Below are positions 27,526 to 37,528 of a stretch of DNA of 64,000 nucleotides, one piece after another; position 1 is the first letter of the stretch; every line of letters starts with the position of its first letter. The stretch comes from Candidatus Multivoradales bacterium (lineage in GTDB: Bacteria > Acidobacteriota > Thermoanaerobaculia > Multivoradales > Multivoraceae): contig CBDCWI010000002.1 in assembly GCA_965223325.1 (NCBI GenBank), positions 1,216,001 through 1,280,000 of the forward strand. The letters are read 5' to 3'. Under the pieces are notes generated by a model. The model saw only the letters and a program-made list of their open reading frames with translations, ran no database searches and was not told the DNA's origin. The translations under genes were made by a program, and so were the position numbers.

Positions 27526-29505
27526 ATGCGTCGTATCGAGAGCACACTGACTCGCACAACCCTGATCGCCCTTTTGGCACCGGCCCTCTTGTGGGGCTGC
27601 ACCCGGGCCGATACCGACCAAGCGGCGAAAGACACAGAGCGGGAACCGGTGCGCTACGACGCACGCACCTTCCACGAAACCACCTCGATCTCGGGAACCT
27701 CCTTCTCGGCCGACGGCACACGCATTCTGGTCACCAGCGACGCCACCGGCGTCTTCAATGTCTATTCCCAGCCGGTCGCCGGCGGCGAACCGGTCGCCCT
27801 GACCGACTCGACGGTCGACGCGCACTATGCGGTCTCCTGGTTTCCGGCCGATGATCGCTTCCTCTTCTCGGCCGACAAGGGAGGCAACGAGCTCACCCAC
27901 CTCTACGTCCAGGAAGAGGACGGGACGGTCATCGACCTGACGCCAGGCGAATCCGTCAAGGCCTTCTTCGCCGGCTGGAGTGGCGACGACCAGTCGTTCT
28001 ATGTCGCCAGCAACGAGCGCGATCCGCGCGCCTTCGATATCTACGCCTACGCGGTCGCCAAGAGCGGCGACACCTACCCGCGCACTCTTCTGTTCGAGAA
28101 TCCGGGCGACGTACAGCCTGGTGCGATCAGTCGCGACGGGCGCTACATGGCCCTCTCGGAGCCCAGGAGCAACACGCGCAGTGACCTGCACGTGCTCGAG
28201 TTGGCCTCGGGCAAGCGCCAGCGGATCTCCGCCGACAGCGATGGCGAACGAGGCATCCTGGGATTCGCCCCCGACACATCGGCGCTCTACTACTCGACCG
28301 ATGAACACGGTGAGTTCAGCCAGGCCTGGTCCTACGACCTCGCGAGCGATGAGCACTCGATGGTCCTGGCGCCCGACTGGGATGTGTGGAACGTGTCGTT
28401 CTCAGACTCCGGTCGCTATCGGGTGGCGGTGATCAACGAAGACGCTGCGGCACAAGTCTCGATCCTCGAAACGGCGACCGGCAACGAAGTCGAGATTCCC
28501 GGTCTGCCTCCAGGCGACCTCAGCCAGGTGACCTTCTCCGAAGACGAGACGCAAATGGCCTTCTATGTTCGCGGCAGCACCTCGCCAGCAGACCTGTGGA
28601 CATGGCGCATTGGCGAGGAGCGCGCCCGCCGGTTGACGAGCAGCTTGAATCCCCAGATCGACGAGAACGATCTGGTGGCTTCCGAAGTGATTCGCTACCC
28701 GAGCTTCGACGGCCTCGAGATCCCGGCGATCCTCTGGCGTGCGCACTCGGCGACGGCCGAGACGCCCGGACCCGCCATCGTCTTCGTGCACGGGGGCCCG
28801 GGCGGCCAGACGCGCCGCACCTACAACGCCATGCTCCAGCACCTGGTCAACCACGGCTACACCATTCTGGGCGTCAACAACCGCGGCTCCTCTGGCTACG
28901 GCAAGACCTTCTACCACCTCGACGACCGCAAACACGGCGACGTCGACCTCGACGACTGTGTCGAGGCCCGCAACTGGCTGGCCGAACGGGACTGGATCGA
29001 CGGCAACCGCATCGCCATCATGGGAGGTAGCTACGGCGGCTACATGACCGCCGCGGCGCTGGCGTTTCGGCCCGAGGTCTTCGACGCCGGCATCGACATC
29101 TTCGGGGTCACCAACTGGATCCGCACGATCGAGAACACGCCGCCCTGGTGGGGCGTTGGGCGCGACGCGCTGCTCGAAGAGATCGGCGACCCGGGAACCG
29201 AGGATCGCGCCCGGCTCGAGCGCATCTCACCGCTCTTCCACGCCCACAACATCACCAAGCCCCTGCTCGTCATCCAGGGCGCCAACGACCCCCGGGTTCT
29301 AAAGGTCGAGAGTGATGAACTGGTTGCCGCCGCGCGTGAGAACGGTGCGCCGGTCGAATACGTCGTCTTCGACGACGAAGGCCACGGCTTCGCCAAAAAG
29401 GAAAACCGCATCGAAGCCTCAGAGGCCTATCGCCAGTTCCTCGACCGCTACCTCGGCGGGCCTTCCGACGAAACGTCCGACCACGAGCTACCGAGCGGAA
29501 GCTGA
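27526..29505 (+). CDS. S9 family (prolyl oligo/acylaminoacyl) peptidase, lipoprotein
   Basis: Lipobox LWGC; HGGPG, GGSYGG, 'GANDPRV' and 'EGHGF' catalytic triad. Confidence 0.95.
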   Translation: MRRIESTLTRTTLIALLAPALLWGCTRADTDQAAKDTEREPVRYDARTFHETTSISGTSFSADGTRILVTSDATGVFNVYSQPVAGGEPVALTDSTVDAHYAVSWFPADDRFLFSADKGGNELTHLYVQEEDGTVIDLTPGESVKAFFAGWSGDDQSFYVASNERDPRAFDIYAYAVAKSGDTYPRTLLFENPGDVQPGAISRDGRYMALSEPRSNTRSDLHVLELASGKRQRISADSDGERGILGFAPDTSALYYSTDEHGEFSQAWSYDLASDEHSMVLAPDWDVWNVSFSDSGRYRVAVINEDAAAQVSILETATGNEVEIPGLPPGDLSQVTFSEDETQMAFYVRGSTSPADLWTWRIGEERARRLTSSLNPQIDENDLVASEVIRYPSFDGLEIPAILWRAHSATAETPGPAIVFVHGGPGGQTRRTYNAMLQHLVNHGYTILGVNNRGSSGYGKTFYHLDDRKHGDVDLDDCVEARNWLAERDWIDGNRIAIMGGSYGGYMTAAALAFRPEVFDAGIDIFGVTNWIRTIENTPPWWGVGRDALLEEIGDPGTEDRARLERISPLFHAHNITKPLLVIQGANDPRVLKVESDELVAAARENGAPVEYVVFDDEGHGFAKKENRIEASEAYRQFLDRYLGGPSDETSDHELPSGS

Positions 29506-29512
29506 GGCGGGG

Positions 29513-32194
29513 TCACTCTCTGAGGGTGAGCGCCGGGGCCACCCGCGCCGCCCGCCTGGCCGGACCAACGGCAGCGAGAACCGCGGTGGTGGCCAACGCT
29601 GCCATCACCAGGAAAAACGACCAGGGGTCGCGCGCCGGAACCGCGAAGAGAAGCGAGTCGAGGCGGGGACTGAGCAAGTAGGCGACGGCGGCTCCAACGA
29701 ACACCGCCCCCACACTGAGCACGAGCGCTCGCGTCAAGACATCGCGTGCGATGTCACCTGGCGACGCTCCCAGTGCCAACCGCACGCCGAACTCCTGGCG
29801 GCGCTGCGCGACGACGAACGCCGCCACGCCGTAGACCCCGAGCAGTGCGAGGCCAAGCGCTGCGAGGGCGAGTACTGCGAGGATCTGCACCAGGGCGCGG
29901 TCCTCTCTCATCGAGCGTCTGACGACACTCTGCATCGAGGCGACGTCGAAGACCGGAACTTCAGGGTCGATCCCGGCCACCAGGCTTTGCACCCGCCCGG
30001 CGAGACCCTCGGGGGACCCGTCGGAACGCACCAGGACCGAGAGCGCTGTCGCCCACTCCTGCTCCTGCGGGAAGTAGATCGCAGCGCGCGGTGGGGTGCG
30101 CGAGTTGACGTGCAACACGTCACCGACGACGCCCACGATCGTCCTCTCGCCGCCGTCTCCCCAGTGGACGTGCACGGACTTGCCGAGTGCCGACTGGCCA
30201 GGCCATTCGGCGCTCGCCAGAGTCCGATTCACGAGCACCACTGGCGGAGCCTCCCGGGTGTCTGAGGGCCTGAAGGCGCGGCCCTCGACCAACGGGATTC
30301 CGGCTGCCTGCAGGTAGTCGCCACGAAGCACCCTGATGTTGGCCGGCGGTGCCTGCCCATCCTCGGGCGGTGGGCGATCTCCCGGGTAGTACGACGTCGC
30401 CGCGCCTACCGAGGTCATCGGCACATGCGAGGCGGCACCCACCGCGGTGACTCCGGGTAGCGAGGCCAGCCCCGCTTCGAGGCGCAAGAAAAAGGTCTCG
30501 GCAGAGGAGCGCTCGATCCGACGCGGTAGGGAAACTTTGAACGACAAGACTCCCTCGGCGTTAAAGCCCTGGTCAACCCGGACCTGTTCGGCCAGCGAGC
30601 GCACCATCAATACCGCACCGACCAACAGCACGACGGCCAGCGCGATCTGCACAAAAACCAGGGCACCCCGCAAAGCACTTCGTCGACGCCCCGGAGAGAT
30701 GGCGCGCCGCAAGAGAGAGGCCGAGTCGCGACGAAGCGCCACCAGAGCCGGCACGAGCCCGAAGAGCAGGCTGCACACAACGAGCAACACGGCCACGAAG
30801 CCAACCACCCGCAAGTCCCACGAAGTCTCGAGGCTGAGCATGTGCTCGGGCAACAAGAGTCGCAGCAGACGTTCGAGCGGCCAGGCCAGGAGCAGCCCCA
30901 GCCCCAGTGCCACTGTCGATGTCACCAGCCCTTCGTTGAGCACCTGGCGCGCGATCCGCCCCTTCCCGGCACCGAGTGCACCCCGGATGGCCACCTCGCG
31001 CGTCCGGGCGCTGGCCCGGACGGTCAGGAGGCTGGCAACGTTGACGCAGACGATCGCGAGGACCAGAAGAACCGCAACCAGGAGCGCCAGCAGCGGCAGT
31101 CGACTCGCCGACCGCACGTGTTCAGCGAGCGGGTAAGCAGCAACCGTCCAGCGTGCGTTGGCCTCGGGGTAAGCCTCCAGCATGCGCTCGGTGAGGATCT
31201 TGGTTTCCAGGGCGACATCGGCGTGCGTCGCTCCGGGCACCCGTCGCCCAATGACCATCAGCCAACGCCCACCGGCAGCCTCCCATTCGGCGGTCACCGG
31301 CAGGGCGGCATAGAGATCGCCGCGGCGCCCGAAGTTGCCGTTGCCGGGTCCCATGTCGAGGGCGAAATCGGCCGGCATCACACCGACGACTTCGGAAGGT
31401 TCGCCGTTGAGCTCGATCTCCTTGCCGACGATTCGCGGGTCGCGGCCGTAGCGTTCGGCCCACAATGCCTCGCCGAGGACGACGACCGAAGCGGCTCCTG
31501 GAAGACCGTCTTCCTCGATGAGCGTGCGCCCCATGAGCGGCGGTCGATCGAGAACGCGGAAGTAGTCAGCGGTGGCCAACCGCATGCGGGCGCGGGCCGC
31601 GGGAGCGTCGGATGCCCCGCCGTCGGTGAGGTTGGTGTCGACGGTGATGAAGCCCGCCACCGCCTCGAGCGTGGTGGTATTGCGTTGCCACAGCAGGAAG
31701 TTGGCTGGGCTGGTGACGTTCTTGAAGGCTCCGCGGTGAACCTGCTCCTCCCAGAGGGTCTCGAGCTCCCCTGGTGCCGCAAAGGGCAGCGCCCGAAGCA
31801 AGACCGCGTTGGTGAGCGAGAAGACGGCAATGGTCGCCGCCAGCCCCAGGGTCAGAATGCCGATCAAGGTGGCGCTCCAACCGGGATAGCGCCGGAACTG
31901 GCGCAGAGCGTAGAGAACGTCAAGGCGAAACTCTGAAGCCCAGATCTCGAAGTTCCTTTGCCGATCGCGTCGCTCGGCAATGCGCAGGCAGTCGTTTTCG
32001 ATCTCGCCGAGGTCTCCGAGGCGAGCGCGGGCCCGGGCGCGCGCCTCTCCTTCGCTCAAGCCTTCCGCGACGTACTGGCGCCAGCGCGCCTCAAAGTGAT
32101 GCTCGATCTCCTCTCGCACCTCATCTCGCACCGGGACCTTCCACAGCGGCGACCGGGGCGAGTGACGATGGTCCTCCGGGCGTTTCGGGCTCAT
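29513..32194 (-). CDS. ADOP-family duplicated ABC permease (MacB/FtsX x2)
   Basis: Permease-prefix domain, 'D..YA.R..RR.PG', two 'R.RE..(I/V)R.ALGA' motifs; ATGA overlap with padR. Confidence 0.9.
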   Translation of the reverse strand: MSPKRPEDHRHSPRSPLWKVPVRDEVREEIEHHFEARWRQYVAEGLSEGEARARARARLGDLGEIENDCLRIAERRDRQRNFEIWASEFRLDVLYALRQFRRYPGWSATLIGILTLGLAATIAVFSLTNAVLLRALPFAAPGELETLWEEQVHRGAFKNVTSPANFLLWQRNTTTLEAVAGFITVDTNLTDGGASDAPAARARMRLATADYFRVLDRPPLMGRTLIEEDGLPGAASVVVLGEALWAERYGRDPRIVGKEIELNGEPSEVVGVMPADFALDMGPGNGNFGRRGDLYAALPVTAEWEAAGGRWLMVIGRRVPGATHADVALETKILTERMLEAYPEANARWTVAAYPLAEHVRSASRLPLLALLVAVLLVLAIVCVNVASLLTVRASARTREVAIRGALGAGKGRIARQVLNEGLVTSTVALGLGLLLAWPLERLLRLLLPEHMLSLETSWDLRVVGFVAVLLVVCSLLFGLVPALVALRRDSASLLRRAISPGRRRSALRGALVFVQIALAVVLLVGAVLMVRSLAEQVRVDQGFNAEGVLSFKVSLPRRIERSSAETFFLRLEAGLASLPGVTAVGAASHVPMTSVGAATSYYPGDRPPPEDGQAPPANIRVLRGDYLQAAGIPLVEGRAFRPSDTREAPPVVLVNRTLASAEWPGQSALGKSVHVHWGDGGERTIVGVVGDVLHVNSRTPPRAAIYFPQEQEWATALSVLVRSDGSPEGLAGRVQSLVAGIDPEVPVFDVASMQSVVRRSMREDRALVQILAVLALAALGLALLGVYGVAAFVVAQRRQEFGVRLALGASPGDIARDVLTRALVLSVGAVFVGAAVAYLLSPRLDSLLFAVPARDPWSFFLVMAALATTAVLAAVGPARRAARVAPALTLRE

Positions 32195-32538
32195 GCGAAC
32201 AACACCTCTGAGACAGCGGTCGAGAATTCGCGCCAGCGTTGTGTCCGCTCCGCCAATGAGGCACGCCCGCTGGCGGTGAGTTGGTAGAACTTGGCGCGCC
32301 GACCGAGCTCCGAGGTCCCCCACTCGGCTTCGACCAGACCCTTCTTCTCGAGCCTGTAGAGAGCCGGATAGAGCGAACCCTCTTCGAGGGCTAGAGCGTC
32401 GTTGGTGGTGCTTTCGAGCCAACGCGCGATGCCATAGCCATGACGTGGGCCCCAGGTCAGGGTCTTGAGAATGAGTGTGTCGACGGTTCCGCGCAGCAGG
32501 TCGTTGGCCGGATGCTGCTTTGAAGAATGCTGTGGCAC
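32191..32538 (-). CDS. PadR-family transcriptional regulator (acidobacterial type)
   Basis: 'LL.GT.D.LILK.L', 'HGYGIA', 'GSLYPAL.RLE', 'RRAKFY.LT'. Confidence 0.95.
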   Translation of the reverse strand: MPQHSSKQHPANDLLRGTVDTLILKTLTWGPRHGYGIARWLESTTNDALALEEGSLYPALYRLEKKGLVEAEWGTSELGRRAKFYQLTASGRASLAERTQRWREFSTAVSEVLFA

Positions 32539-32626
32539 GCCGCGGCTCCTTCTCCACCCGCCCGGGTCCGGGCCTCGGCGGGCTCTCTGGTTCTCTGGTC
32601 TGTTCTCTGTTCTGGTACCTGGCTTG

Positions 32627-32663
32627 TCTAGGTAAGGCTAGATCGCATTACCCAGCTTGTCAA
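32627..32663 (-). promoter_or_regulatory. Sigma70 promoter with an overlapping palindromic operator (likely PadR)
   Basis: TTGACA-17 bp-TAGCCT on the minus strand; TCTAG-N6-CTAGA (32627-32642) covers the -10 element. Confidence 0.7.
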
Positions 32664-32691
32664 GGTATCGGTCCCGTTGCCCTCCGGCCCC

Positions 32692-33978
32692 TCAAAGCCA
32701 GCGGCGGACACCCTGGCAATAGCTCCGGTAGCGATCCTGGAACTTCCGCTCGAGGTAGCGCTCCTCGCGCCGCACCACTCCAGGCTCGAGAAGCAAGAGG
32801 AAGATCACCGCCAGGACCAGGAACCAGGCACTGTTCGCCCACAGCCCGAGGCCGCCCAGGAGGGCGAGCATCGCCAGGTAGATCGGGTTGCGCGACCAAC
32901 GATAGGGCCCCGTCACAACGATCGCCTCGGTGGGCTGCTTGCACGGCACCGTCGCTGCGCCGCGCCGCATCGTGGCGACGGCCCAGACGAACAACGCCAC
33001 TGCAAGCGCCACCAACAACGGGCCGATCACCAACGGCCACGGCTGCGAGAGGAAAGCGAGCTGCCTCCAGCCCCTCAAGAGCACGCCGAGACCGATCAAG
33101 AGCAAGAGCACCACCGGTGGATGAAAAGCGACCTCGGCCCAGTCGGGCGCTGGGTGAGAAACCTGTTCTGGTGCCGGCTGGCGACGGAAGGGGGCAAGCA
33201 GAAGAACGGGCAACCGATTCGCATCCGGCTCGCGCAGATCTCTCAGTCCGAGTTGCATGCCTTCGTGCCCGTCACGCGGCTCGGCACGAAAGGTGCCGAA
33301 GAAGAGGTCCCAGATCGGAAACACGGCGCCAAAGTTGCTGTCGGTCTCAGGCTGCCAACTCGAGTGGTGAACGCGATGCAGATCAGGCGTCACGATGAGG
33401 TAGCGCAGTCGGCGATCGATCCACTGCGGAATCCTGAGGTTCGAATGCGAGAACAGGGTCACCGCAACGTCGAGCAGCTCGTAGACAGCCAGAACCCATG
33501 GTGACAGCCCAAAGGCAAACACGATCGGTAGACCAATCGCTGAACTGAGGAAGAACTCGACCGGGTGAAAGCGCACGGTCGAGGAGACATCGAGCTCGGT
33601 GTCGAGATGGTGGACACGATGAAAGCGCCACAGGAACGGAATCTTGTGGTTGAGAAAGTGAGTGAAGAACGAGATGAAGCCCCGGACCAAGAGGGTCAAG
33701 AGCACCAGTAGCGGGAGCGGCATCGCAACCTGGTGGAAGAGCCCGACCATGCGTTGCTCAGCGATCACCGCGGCACCGATGAAGGAAAGCGGGATGAACC
33801 CTAGGGAGACGATATTGATCGCCGTAAGCGCCCAGTTGGTTGGCCAGCGTCGCAGACGGTCGAGCCGAAGGCGCCGCGGTAGGAGTCGCTCGGCGATCAC
33901 CAAGAGCACCAGGGTGCCGAAGAAGAGCGGCACCTGAAGCTGTCCGCCGTTGTCGAGAATCCAATCTTCAAAAGCCAC
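32692..33978 (-). CDS. Fusion of a sterol desaturase/fatty-acid hydroxylase domain and an ICMT/PEMT-type membrane methyltransferase
   Basis: His boxes HFLNH, HRVHH, HRVHH; C-terminal 'GPY..SRNPIY' and 'REE.YL'; SD AGGAGG before GTG. Confidence 0.85.
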   Translation of the reverse strand: MAFEDWILDNGGQLQVPLFFGTLVLLVIAERLLPRRLRLDRLRRWPTNWALTAINIVSLGFIPLSFIGAAVIAEQRMVGLFHQVAMPLPLLVLLTLLVRGFISFFTHFLNHKIPFLWRFHRVHHLDTELDVSSTVRFHPVEFFLSSAIGLPIVFAFGLSPWVLAVYELLDVAVTLFSHSNLRIPQWIDRRLRYLIVTPDLHRVHHSSWQPETDSNFGAVFPIWDLFFGTFRAEPRDGHEGMQLGLRDLREPDANRLPVLLLAPFRRQPAPEQVSHPAPDWAEVAFHPPVVLLLLIGLGVLLRGWRQLAFLSQPWPLVIGPLLVALAVALFVWAVATMRRGAATVPCKQPTEAIVVTGPYRWSRNPIYLAMLALLGGLGLWANSAWFLVLAVIFLLLLEPGVVRREERYLERKFQDRYRSYCQGVRRWL

Positions 33979-34005
33979 AGTGGCCTCCTTTCTGCCATCG
34001 TTCAT

Positions 34006-34046
34006 ATGACAATACGAATTGTCATGATGACAAGTTACAGTGTCAT
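34006..34046. promoter_or_regulatory. Two palindromic MarR-type operators
   Basis: ATGACAAT-N4-ATTGTCAT (34006-34025) and ATGACA-N8-TGTCAT (34027-34046) between divergent genes. Confidence 0.75.
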
Positions 34047-34522
34047 TGACAGAAAGTTCAGAAAGTTGCGAGACTGCCCCCGTGAGCCCCGCCCTGCAAG
34101 AGACGATCGACGAGGTCCGCCTGCTCTTCCATGCCCTGGTGCGGGCCGGCGAGAGCCTGCACGCGGGAGAGAGCGTCACCATGGGCATGCGCGCGGTGCT
34201 CGAGTACCTGCTCGAGAACGGAGCCACGACGGTCCCAGCGATGGCTCGCGCGCGGGGGGTGACTCGGCAGCACATCCAGAGCCTGGTCAACGCTCTGCGG
34301 ACGCTCGGCTATGTCGAACAAACCAGGAACCCCGAGCACCAGCGCTCCCACCTGATCAGCCTCACCGCCAGCGGCCTCGGAACCATCGAGCGGATGCGCC
34401 GGCGTGAGGGCGAAGCCCTGGCTGGCGTCCGAAAGAAACTCAAGCGAGAAGAACTTCGCCAGGCCGCACAGACTCTGCGCACCCTGCGCTCCACCATTCC
34501 GTCTTCTGCGGCCCGGGAATGA
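34040..34522 (+). CDS. MarR-family transcriptional regulator (start may be at 34082)
   Basis: 'TVP.MAR...VTRQ.IQ..VN.L...G.V....NP.H.RS.LI.LT..G'. Confidence 0.9.
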   Translation: MSLTESSESCETAPVSPALQETIDEVRLLFHALVRAGESLHAGESVTMGMRAVLEYLLENGATTVPAMARARGVTRQHIQSLVNALRTLGYVEQTRNPEHQRSHLISLTASGLGTIERMRRREGEALAGVRKKLKREELRQAAQTLRTLRSTIPSSAARE

Positions 34523-34609
34523 GGTGAGCTGCTACCCTCGTCTGGTTGTTTCTCAGAAACCGTTAGACGATTCGCGCTGGTCGCCGTCCGGGCGCGCGGG
34601 AGGGTTCCC

Positions 34610-36529
34610 ATGAAGACTTCTGCTCCACCGCTCCAATGCTTGTTCCAACGTTGCGCCGCCATCGCCCTCGGCCTTCTGGCAGCGATCCTGGTGATCGGTT
34701 GCAGCGACTCGAGTGAACCAAGCGATGAAGCGGAGTCGAACGCCGGCACCGCCACCGGTGAGATCGCAGTGAATGCAGACCGCGAGGCCTACTTCGGCGA
34801 TCTTCACGTGCATACACGCTTCTCTTTCGACGCCTATCTCTTTGGCACGCGTCGCAACCCCGACGATGCCTACGTTTTTGCCAAAGGTGGCGCCATCGAG
34901 CATGCCTCGGGTTTCGAGATGAAGATGAAGAAGCCGCTCGACTTCCAGGCGGTGACCGATCACGCCTTCTATCTCGGCATGATGCCGGCGATCGGCGAGG
35001 TCGGTGGCGCGTTTTCTGACCATCGCCTCGCCGAGGTGGTCCGCGCAGCGACCACACCGGAGGGTTCGAACGCGGCGTTTGCCGCCGCGCTAGTCAACGT
35101 GCGCCGCGCCGCGCAAGGCGAAGACGTCGAGGACGATCTCGACAATCGTGAGATCGCACGTGAAGCCTGGGCAAAGATCATCGAGTCAGCCGAGCGCCAC
35201 AACGATCCCGGCACCTTCACCACCTTTATCGGCTACGAGTACACCAGCTCCGGTCCGGCCTTCGAGAACCTCCATCGCAATGTCATCTTCAAGGGCAGCG
35301 AAGCACCGGCACAGCCTTTCAGTCGTCTCGATTCGACCAACCCCGAGGATCTGTGGGCATGGATGGACGAGAATCGCGAGAAGGGCATGGATTCGGTCGC
35401 CTTCCCGCACAACATGAATGGCTCCGATGGCTGGATGTTCCAGACCACCAACTGGGCCGGCGAAGCGATCGACGGCGACTACGCCGACCTGCGCATGCGC
35501 AACGAGCCGGTGGTCGAGAACACCCAGGTCAAGGGGACCTCCGACACCCATCCCCTCTTGTCGCCCAACGACGAATGGGCAAACTACGAGATCATGCCGC
35601 TGCGCGTCGCTTCGACCCTCGAGAGCCGACCGCCTGGTAGTTACGTCCGCGACGCCTACCTGCGCGGCCTGGTGATGCAGGAAACCGGTGGCTTCAACCC
35701 CTACAAGTTCGGCGTCATCGGTTCCTCAGACACCCATAACGCCGCCGGTTCCTTTGAGGAAGACAACTATTGGAGCAAGACCGGCATTCGCGATATCGAG
35801 CCCCAGCAGCGTGGCTCGGTGCCACTCGATGAGCCTGGGCCGGACGGCGAGCCCTATGCCAACGGTGCGTCGAAGTACTGGGGAGCCTCGGGACTTGCGG
35901 GAGTGTGGGCGGAGTCCAACACCCGCGAGTCGATCTTCCAGGCTTTCCGTCGCAAGGAGACCTTCAGCACCAGCGGGCCGCACATCAAAGTGCGCTTCTT
36001 CGGCGGCTGGGGTATCGATCCAGCACTCATCAGCGACACAGACAACATTTCGAAGCTCTACCAGGACGCCGTGCCGATGGGCGGCGACCTGTTCGCCAAC
36101 GACAGCGCCGCACCGTCGTTCTTCGTCTGGGCCATGCGCGACCCCGACGCCGGCACCTTGCAACGCCTGCAAGTGATCAAGGGCTGGGTCGAGAACGGCA
36201 AGGTTTCCGAGAAGGTGTTCGACATCGCCTGCTCGGACGGCTCGACCATCGACGCGACCACCCACCGTTGCTCAGACAACGGCGCCACGGTCGATCTCGC
36301 GACCTGCGAGCCAACCCCTGGCAAGGGGGCCACCGAGCTCGTCACCGTGTGGACCGACCCCGAGTTCGACCCTTCGCTACACGCCTTCTACTACACCCGG
36401 GTGCTCGAGAACCCGGTCTGTCGCTGGTCGACCTGGGATGCCCTTCGCGCCGGCGTGGCACCGCGCCCCGACATGCAGGCCACCATTCAGGACCGCGCCT
36501 GGTCGTCACCCATCTGGTACACGCCGTAG
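34610..36529 (+). CDS. DUF3604 PHP-like metallohydrolase lipoprotein
   Basis: Lipobox VIGC; 'FGDLHVHT..S.DA', 'VTDH', 'NLHRNV', 'SDTH', 'RAWSSPIWY'. Confidence 0.85.
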   Translation: MKTSAPPLQCLFQRCAAIALGLLAAILVIGCSDSSEPSDEAESNAGTATGEIAVNADREAYFGDLHVHTRFSFDAYLFGTRRNPDDAYVFAKGGAIEHASGFEMKMKKPLDFQAVTDHAFYLGMMPAIGEVGGAFSDHRLAEVVRAATTPEGSNAAFAAALVNVRRAAQGEDVEDDLDNREIAREAWAKIIESAERHNDPGTFTTFIGYEYTSSGPAFENLHRNVIFKGSEAPAQPFSRLDSTNPEDLWAWMDENREKGMDSVAFPHNMNGSDGWMFQTTNWAGEAIDGDYADLRMRNEPVVENTQVKGTSDTHPLLSPNDEWANYEIMPLRVASTLESRPPGSYVRDAYLRGLVMQETGGFNPYKFGVIGSSDTHNAAGSFEEDNYWSKTGIRDIEPQQRGSVPLDEPGPDGEPYANGASKYWGASGLAGVWAESNTRESIFQAFRRKETFSTSGPHIKVRFFGGWGIDPALISDTDNISKLYQDAVPMGGDLFANDSAAPSFFVWAMRDPDAGTLQRLQVIKGWVENGKVSEKVFDIACSDGSTIDATTHRCSDNGATVDLATCEPTPGKGATELVTVWTDPEFDPSLHAFYYTRVLENPVCRWSTWDALRAGVAPRPDMQATIQDRAWSSPIWYTP

Positions 36530-36547
36530 CCTCCTGGGCTCTCTCCT

Positions 36548-37411
36548 GTGAGCACCGATCTGCAGTTCCTCACCAAAGAGCAGCACGACGCCTTCTCTCG
36601 CGACGGGTTCCTGGTTCTCCCTGACTTTGTCGATGCATCGGCCGTCGCCGCCGTCATGGCGCGCGCCAACCAGCTCGTCAGGGCATTCGATCCAAGAGAA
36701 GTGGTTTCGATCTTCTCCACCAGGGCAGAGTCGCGCACCGCCGACGCCTACTTCCTCGACTCGGCCGACAAGATCAGCTTCTTCTTCGAAGAGGAGGCCT
36801 TCGACGCCGATGGCACCCTTCAGCAGGCCAAGGAACTGTCGATCAACAAGATCGGCCACGCCCTCCACGACCTCGACCCGGTCTTCCAGGAGTTCTCTCA
36901 CACCAGAGATCTAGCGGCCGTCGCCTCAGACATCGGCATGGAAGATCCTCTGCTCTTACAGTCGATGTACATCTTCAAGCAGCCAAAGATCGGCGGCGAA
37001 GTCAACGTCCACAGTGACGCCACCTTCCTCTACACCGACCCGATTTCGGTCGTCGGGTTCTGGTTCGCGATCGAAGACGCCACCACCGAGAACGGCTGCC
37101 TCTGGGCCTTGCCGGGTGGCCACTCGATCCCGATCAAGGAACGCTTTCGGCGACTGCCTTCCGGCGAGACCGACTTCGAGGTCTTCGACGAGACGCCCTT
37201 CCCCGAGGAAGGCATGGTTCCCCTCGAGGCACCGGCGGGGACGCTGGTTCTCCTGCATGGTCTGTTGCCCCACTACAGCGCTCCCAACCGTTCCGAGCGA
37301 TCGCGCCACGCCTACGCGATTCATGCCGTAGAGCGCGCCGCGCACTACCCGAGCGACAACTGGCTGCAGCGCCCGGCAGACTTTCCCTTCGGCGGGTTCG
37401 CCACCACATGA
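36548..37411 (+). CDS. Phytanoyl-CoA dioxygenase family (PHYHD1-like) 2OG-Fe(II) oxygenase
   Basis: 'NKIGHALH', 'QSMYIFKQP.IGG', HxD and distal H with 'N.S..SR'. Confidence 0.9.
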   Translation: MSTDLQFLTKEQHDAFSRDGFLVLPDFVDASAVAAVMARANQLVRAFDPREVVSIFSTRAESRTADAYFLDSADKISFFFEEEAFDADGTLQQAKELSINKIGHALHDLDPVFQEFSHTRDLAAVASDIGMEDPLLLQSMYIFKQPKIGGEVNVHSDATFLYTDPISVVGFWFAIEDATTENGCLWALPGGHSIPIKERFRRLPSGETDFEVFDETPFPEEGMVPLEAPAGTLVLLHGLLPHYSAPNRSERSRHAYAIHAVERAAHYPSDNWLQRPADFPFGGFATT

Positions 37412-37528
37412 CAAGGGCAGCCTCCAGTCTCACCACCTGAGTGGTTGCGTTCGTCCGGTGGCGAAACCATCGGCCGCCACTCTTCGTACTGCTAGTACGG
37501 CCGGCCACACGGCCCGCCACTCGCGACC

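Noticed and set aside
29513-32557. 1014-aa ORF overlapping padR
   Set aside because: The extension is an off-frame read of padR; the permease starts at the ATGA overlap (32194)
32583-32615. Short degenerate TTCTCTGG-like repeats in the padR leader
   Set aside because: Low-complexity tract with no constant repeat/spacer structure
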